From the human T2T-CHM13v2.0 reference genome, Homo sapiens: a stretch of DNA of 64,000 bases. How positions within the stretch are numbered: position 1 is the first letter of the stretch; every line of letters begins with the position of its first letter. Below, in pieces: positions 59,620-64,000 of the stretch. The notes under the pieces were generated by a model, which made no database searches, had not been told where the DNA came from, and was given only the letters and a program-made list of their open reading frames with translations. A program made the translations under genes and the position numbers. The stretch lies in the NCBI RefSeq assembly GCF_009914755.1, contig NC_060930.1. One strand, written 5' to 3'.

Positions 59620-60377
59620 AACTTGGAACTTAAAGTCATGTTATTAATACATTGTTACAAGGTATTTGATTATCCTTACTCTCTGTATCTTTGGAAGTAC
59701 CCTCGTGAGTTTTTTTTTTCTTGAAGCCTATATCACATTAGTGTTTTTGATATTAGACTTTCAGTTAATGTTAAATCTATGAGGCCTTTCTTATTTTTTA
59801 CCAAAGAAAATCTTTTCTGAACCTTTGGCTGTATATAAAATTCTAAGTTCAAAGTTTATTTTCCATTAATACTTTAAAAATATGATATCTTGTTCTTTTT
59901 GTATCCAGTGTTGCTTTAATAAATTTGACAGCATTCTGATTATTATTCCTGTGTAGGCAATCTACTTTTTCTCTGTAGAAACTTTTATAATTATTCATTT
60001 TTCTTTGATATTCTCAATATAGAATGTGTCCATATGTGTATTTGCTTCCTTACCACTCCTGTAGCAATCTATGAGCCCATTGTATTTAAGATCATCCATC
60101 TAGTATTATTGTGAAATAAATAGTTTTGATAATTTTTCAAATATCCTCTGATTACTCCTATTCTCTTACCTGTTTTCCTTTATGTTTCTATATTTTTACC
60201 CCTTCTTCCTACGTTCTGACGGAGTTCTCTAATCTGGTCTTAGGACTCAAAAATTTGTTTTACATTCTTTATTTTTTAATCCCTATTACCCTGTTCATTA
60301 AATTTTTTTTTTGTTTTTATGATGTCTTGGTTTTACCTTATATTACTCATGTTTCCTAATTTTCTTAGATATATTTT
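59620..60377 (-). mobile_element. Ancient L1ME/HAL1-like ORF1 remnant
   Basis: 'ttggctgtatataaaattctaagttcaaagtttattttcc', 'ccagtgttgcttt...attctgattattattcctgtgtagg'. Confidence 0.5.
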
Positions 60378-60388
60378 ATGCTTCTTTT

Positions 60389-62196
60389 ACATTATTTTTT
60401 GTATTGAGTTAATTTTTTTGAAAAAATTGTAAGAACACCTAATATGCAACCTACCCTCTTAACAGCTTAAAAAGTATACAATGCAGTATTATCATTTGTA
60501 GGCACAATATTGTATAGCAGACCTCTAGAACCTATTCATCTTTTTTAACTGAAATTTTATATCGCTTGATTAGGGCTCCCCATTTCTCTCTCTTTCCAGC
60601 TCCTGGCAACCACCATTCTATTATTTGCTTCTGTGAATTTGAATATTTAAGATATATAAGTGGTATCATGCAATATTTGTCATTCTGTGATTGATTTATT
60701 TCACTTATTTTAATGTCCTCAAGGTTCATCTATGTTGTCACACATTGCAGGATTTACTTTTTTTAAGGTTGAATAACATTTCATTGAACATATATACTAT
60801 ATATTGTTTATCCACTCATCTGCCAATGGATATTTCGGTTGTTTCTACCTCTTAGATATTGTGAATAGTGCTGCCAGGAACATGGATACACAAGTAGCTC
60901 CTTGAGATCCTGCTTTCAATTCTTTTGAACAGATACCCAGAAGTGGCATTGCTGGTAATAGCAAACCATCTGAAAAGGAAATTAGAAAAACAATCCCATT
61001 TACTGTAACATCAAAAGAATAAAATACTTAGGAATAAATGTAACTAAGGAAGTGAAAAACTTGTACACTGAAAATTTAAAAAGCATTGATTAAAGAAATT
61101 AAAAAGGGCACAACATATGAAAACATATCTCATGTTCATGGGTTGGAAGACTTAATATTGTTAAAATGTCCATACCACACAATGTGGTATACAAATTCAA
61201 TGAAATCCCTATCAAAATCCCAATGGCATTTTTATACACATAAAAAATTCTAAAACATATATGGAACCACTAAATACTCCAAATAGTCAAAATAATCTGG
61301 AAAAAGAAGAACAAATCTGGAAGCATTACACTTCCTTATTTCAAAATATATTAAAGAGTTACAATAATTTAAAACATATGACACTAGCATACATAAATAG
61401 AACAGTGGAATAGAATAAAGAGCCCAGAAATAAATACAAAAATATACAGTCAACTGATCTTCAACAAAGTTGTCAAGAATCCATAATGTGGAAAAAATAG
61501 GCTCTTCAACAAATGAGGTTGAGAAAACTGGATGTCCATATGCAAAGGAATGAAACTGTGCTCTTGTCTCACACCATACACAAAAATTGACCCAAAACAG
61601 ATTAAAGATTTCGATGTAAGACCTGAAACTGTAAAACTTGAAGAAAACAGGAGAAAAGCTTTATGGCGTCAACCTTATTTTGATTTTATGGATATAACAC
61701 TAAAAACCACAGGTAGCAAAAGCAAAAACAGACAAGTGGAACTGTATCAAACAAAAAAAAAAGCTTCACAAAGGAAACAATGGATAGAATGAAAAGACAA
61801 CCTACAGAATTGGGGAAAACATTTGCAAACCATGTATCTGATAAACGGTTAATTTCCAAAATGTATAAGGAATTAGTGCAACTCAATAGCTCGAAAACGA
61901 ATAACCCGATTAGAAAGTAGGCTAAGGACTTGAATAGACATTTATTCAAAGAAGACACAAATGGCCAGCAGGTATATGAAAAGATGCTAAGCATCACTAA
62001 TCATCAGGGAAATGCAAATCAAAACTACAATGAGATATTAGCGCACACCTGTTAGGATGTTTATAATTTTTAAAAAAGACAACACGTGTTGGCAAGGATA
62101 TGAAGAAATTGGAACCCTTGTACACTGTTTAGTAGTGATGCAAAATGATGCAGCTACTATGGAAAACAGTCTGGAAATTCCTAAAAAAAATTAAAG
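60389..62196. mobile_element. L1MA/L1MB-like element with 5' inversion: 3' end on - (60389-60955), ORF2 segment on + (60956-62196)
   Basis: Minus-strand 3'UTR (MNLEDIKISEINQSQNDKYCMIPLI) abuts plus-strand ORF2 (ICKGMKLCSCLTPYTKI). TSD atgcttctttt at 60378-60388 and 62197-62207. Confidence 0.85.
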
Positions 62197-62749
62197 ATGC
62201 TTCTTTTTTACAGTTTCGGTCTACCTGTTTTAATAATTCTGCCGCACATGCTATATATCTTTTGTTGTCTTGTTTTATTTTTGAGGTGTCTGAGCTGGTC
62301 AGTTTTGTAGCTATTTTGGTCTATGAGTTCCTGTTCCAGAGAGTGTTTTGAGGAAGGGCCAAGGACTTAGTGCAATTTCTACTTAAATTTTAGGAGAGAG
62401 GATGAGTCCAGGGACCAGAACCCAATATACCACAAAGTATTTGTTGATAACTGCACTTTGTTGCCTGGTCACCAGCAAATGCCACTAATGAAGGGTGACT
62501 TTAAGCTGTTACGAAGTAGCAGCATTAGGAGGAGTATATTCACCTAGACTGCCGCTTTGTAGATATGAGTCTTTAGAATAGAGGACTGGATGGCTAAAGA
62601 CCTTTGGTTATGCCACACTGCCCTTTCCTAGTCTTCACCTCTGGAGGGCTTTTGTGCTTTACTAATATTACCCACCCCCCTCTTTATCCCTGTAATTAGT
62701 ATATGTTAAAAATAATCTACATAAAAAGCAAAATAAGGACATACCTTGT

Positions 62750-63180
62750 GAATCCCCAAACTGGGTGTAAAAGCCTGTAAACCTTACTTTACATCTTAAT
62801 TTAAACAATAAATTGTTTTTAAAAACTGTAACTTATGAGGCAATTTGAAATTGGAACACACTATATATTAAAATCTTAAGGAATTATTGTTAATTTTAGG
62901 TATAAGAATGACATCATAGTTATGTTAAATAAAAAGTCCACAATGTTTAAATATACTTATTTAAGATATTCACCAATCTTTGTCATTTAAAGATTAAATA
63001 ATATGAGTTTTTAAAAATAATATAGGAGGAGACAGAAGTTGCAGTATAGACAAAATGACATTGGTCACGAGTTGAAAATTGCTAAAAGCTAGAAAAGGGT
63101 ACACGAAGGTTCATTTTACTCCTCTGTCTAGTTTTGTTTACATGTGAGTTTTTCATAATAAAAAGTTACAAAAACTAGAT
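62750..63180 (+). mobile_element. Old L1MC/ME-like 3' end
   Basis: 'ggaattattgttaattttaggtataagaatgacatcatagttatgtt', 'ggttcattttactcctctgtctagttttg...tttttcataataaaaag'. Confidence 0.6.
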
Positions 63181-63250
63181 GTAGAAAATTTACCCTGATA
63201 TTTTCTTCTATCCACATAGTTTATTACTGATGTTAAGAACGAAAAAATAG

Positions 63251-63600
<350 letters not shown>

Positions 63601-63932
63601 TCATTAAGATTATTTCAAGATACACCCTTTCTAATTCTAATTTTTTTTTTAATTTTTTATTGCTTCAACAAGGATTTATAGAAATCCATCTCTGTTTCTA
63701 GCATTGACGCTAAGATTACACATTTATACTCATTCAAACAACAAACATCAATGAGTAGCTTGCTATACTTATGTCATAGTGAAATATAAAATAGGAACAC
63801 AAGTATTCTTGAGGATATGCTATTTATTTCCTTTTTTTCCTTTTTATTATCTGAGTTTTGGAAATGTCAAATATATTTTATGTTATTCAGAGAAGTGGTA
63901 AACACACTTATTGTATAAAAAGCCAGATAGTG

Positions 63933-64000
63933 GGCCAGGCGTGGTGGCTCATGGATGTAATCTCAGCACTTTGGGAGGCCAAGGCAGGTGGATCACCTGA
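63933..64000 (+). mobile_element. Alu (S-type) 5' end, cut by the window edge
   Basis: 'ggccaggcgtggtggctcat...cactttgggaggccaaggcaggtggatcacctga'. Confidence 0.85.

Overview
Human (AluYa5-bearing) AT-rich, gene-desert-like genomic DNA, roughly two-thirds transposon relics. I found no intact protein-coding gene or RNA gene, and nearly all listed ORFs are fragments of L1, HERV-L or Alu. Main contents: (1) an ancient L1M element (~60-12900) split by a full-length L1PA8-like element (1639-7814, -) and an AluY; (2) a structurally complete HERV-L provirus with two MLT2A1 LTRs, a GACCC target-site duplication and an AluY in its dUTPase region (16849-23619); (3) a three-layer nest in which an EIF4EBP2 (4E-BP2) processed pseudogene with a twin-priming 5' inversion (28897-31463) sits inside an L1PA13/14-like element, itself inside an older L1MC/MD; (4) a MER31-like solo LTR, an MLT1A, a MER85 piggyBac MITE, a young AluYa5 and a second 5'-inverted old L1; (5) small non-transposon rearrangements: a 104-bp tandem duplication, a 49-bp sequence copied 5 kb away into a MIR, and a fold-back insertion in an Alu; (6) a ~7-kb repeat-poor block (46.5-53.8 kb) that may hold enhancers. 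The pseudogene suggests, but does not prove, the EIF4EBP2P3 locus in the 6q16.1 MIR2113-POU3F2 desert. I see no evidence of a wholly new biological system. Subfamily calls are from remembered consensus sequences and were not computed.
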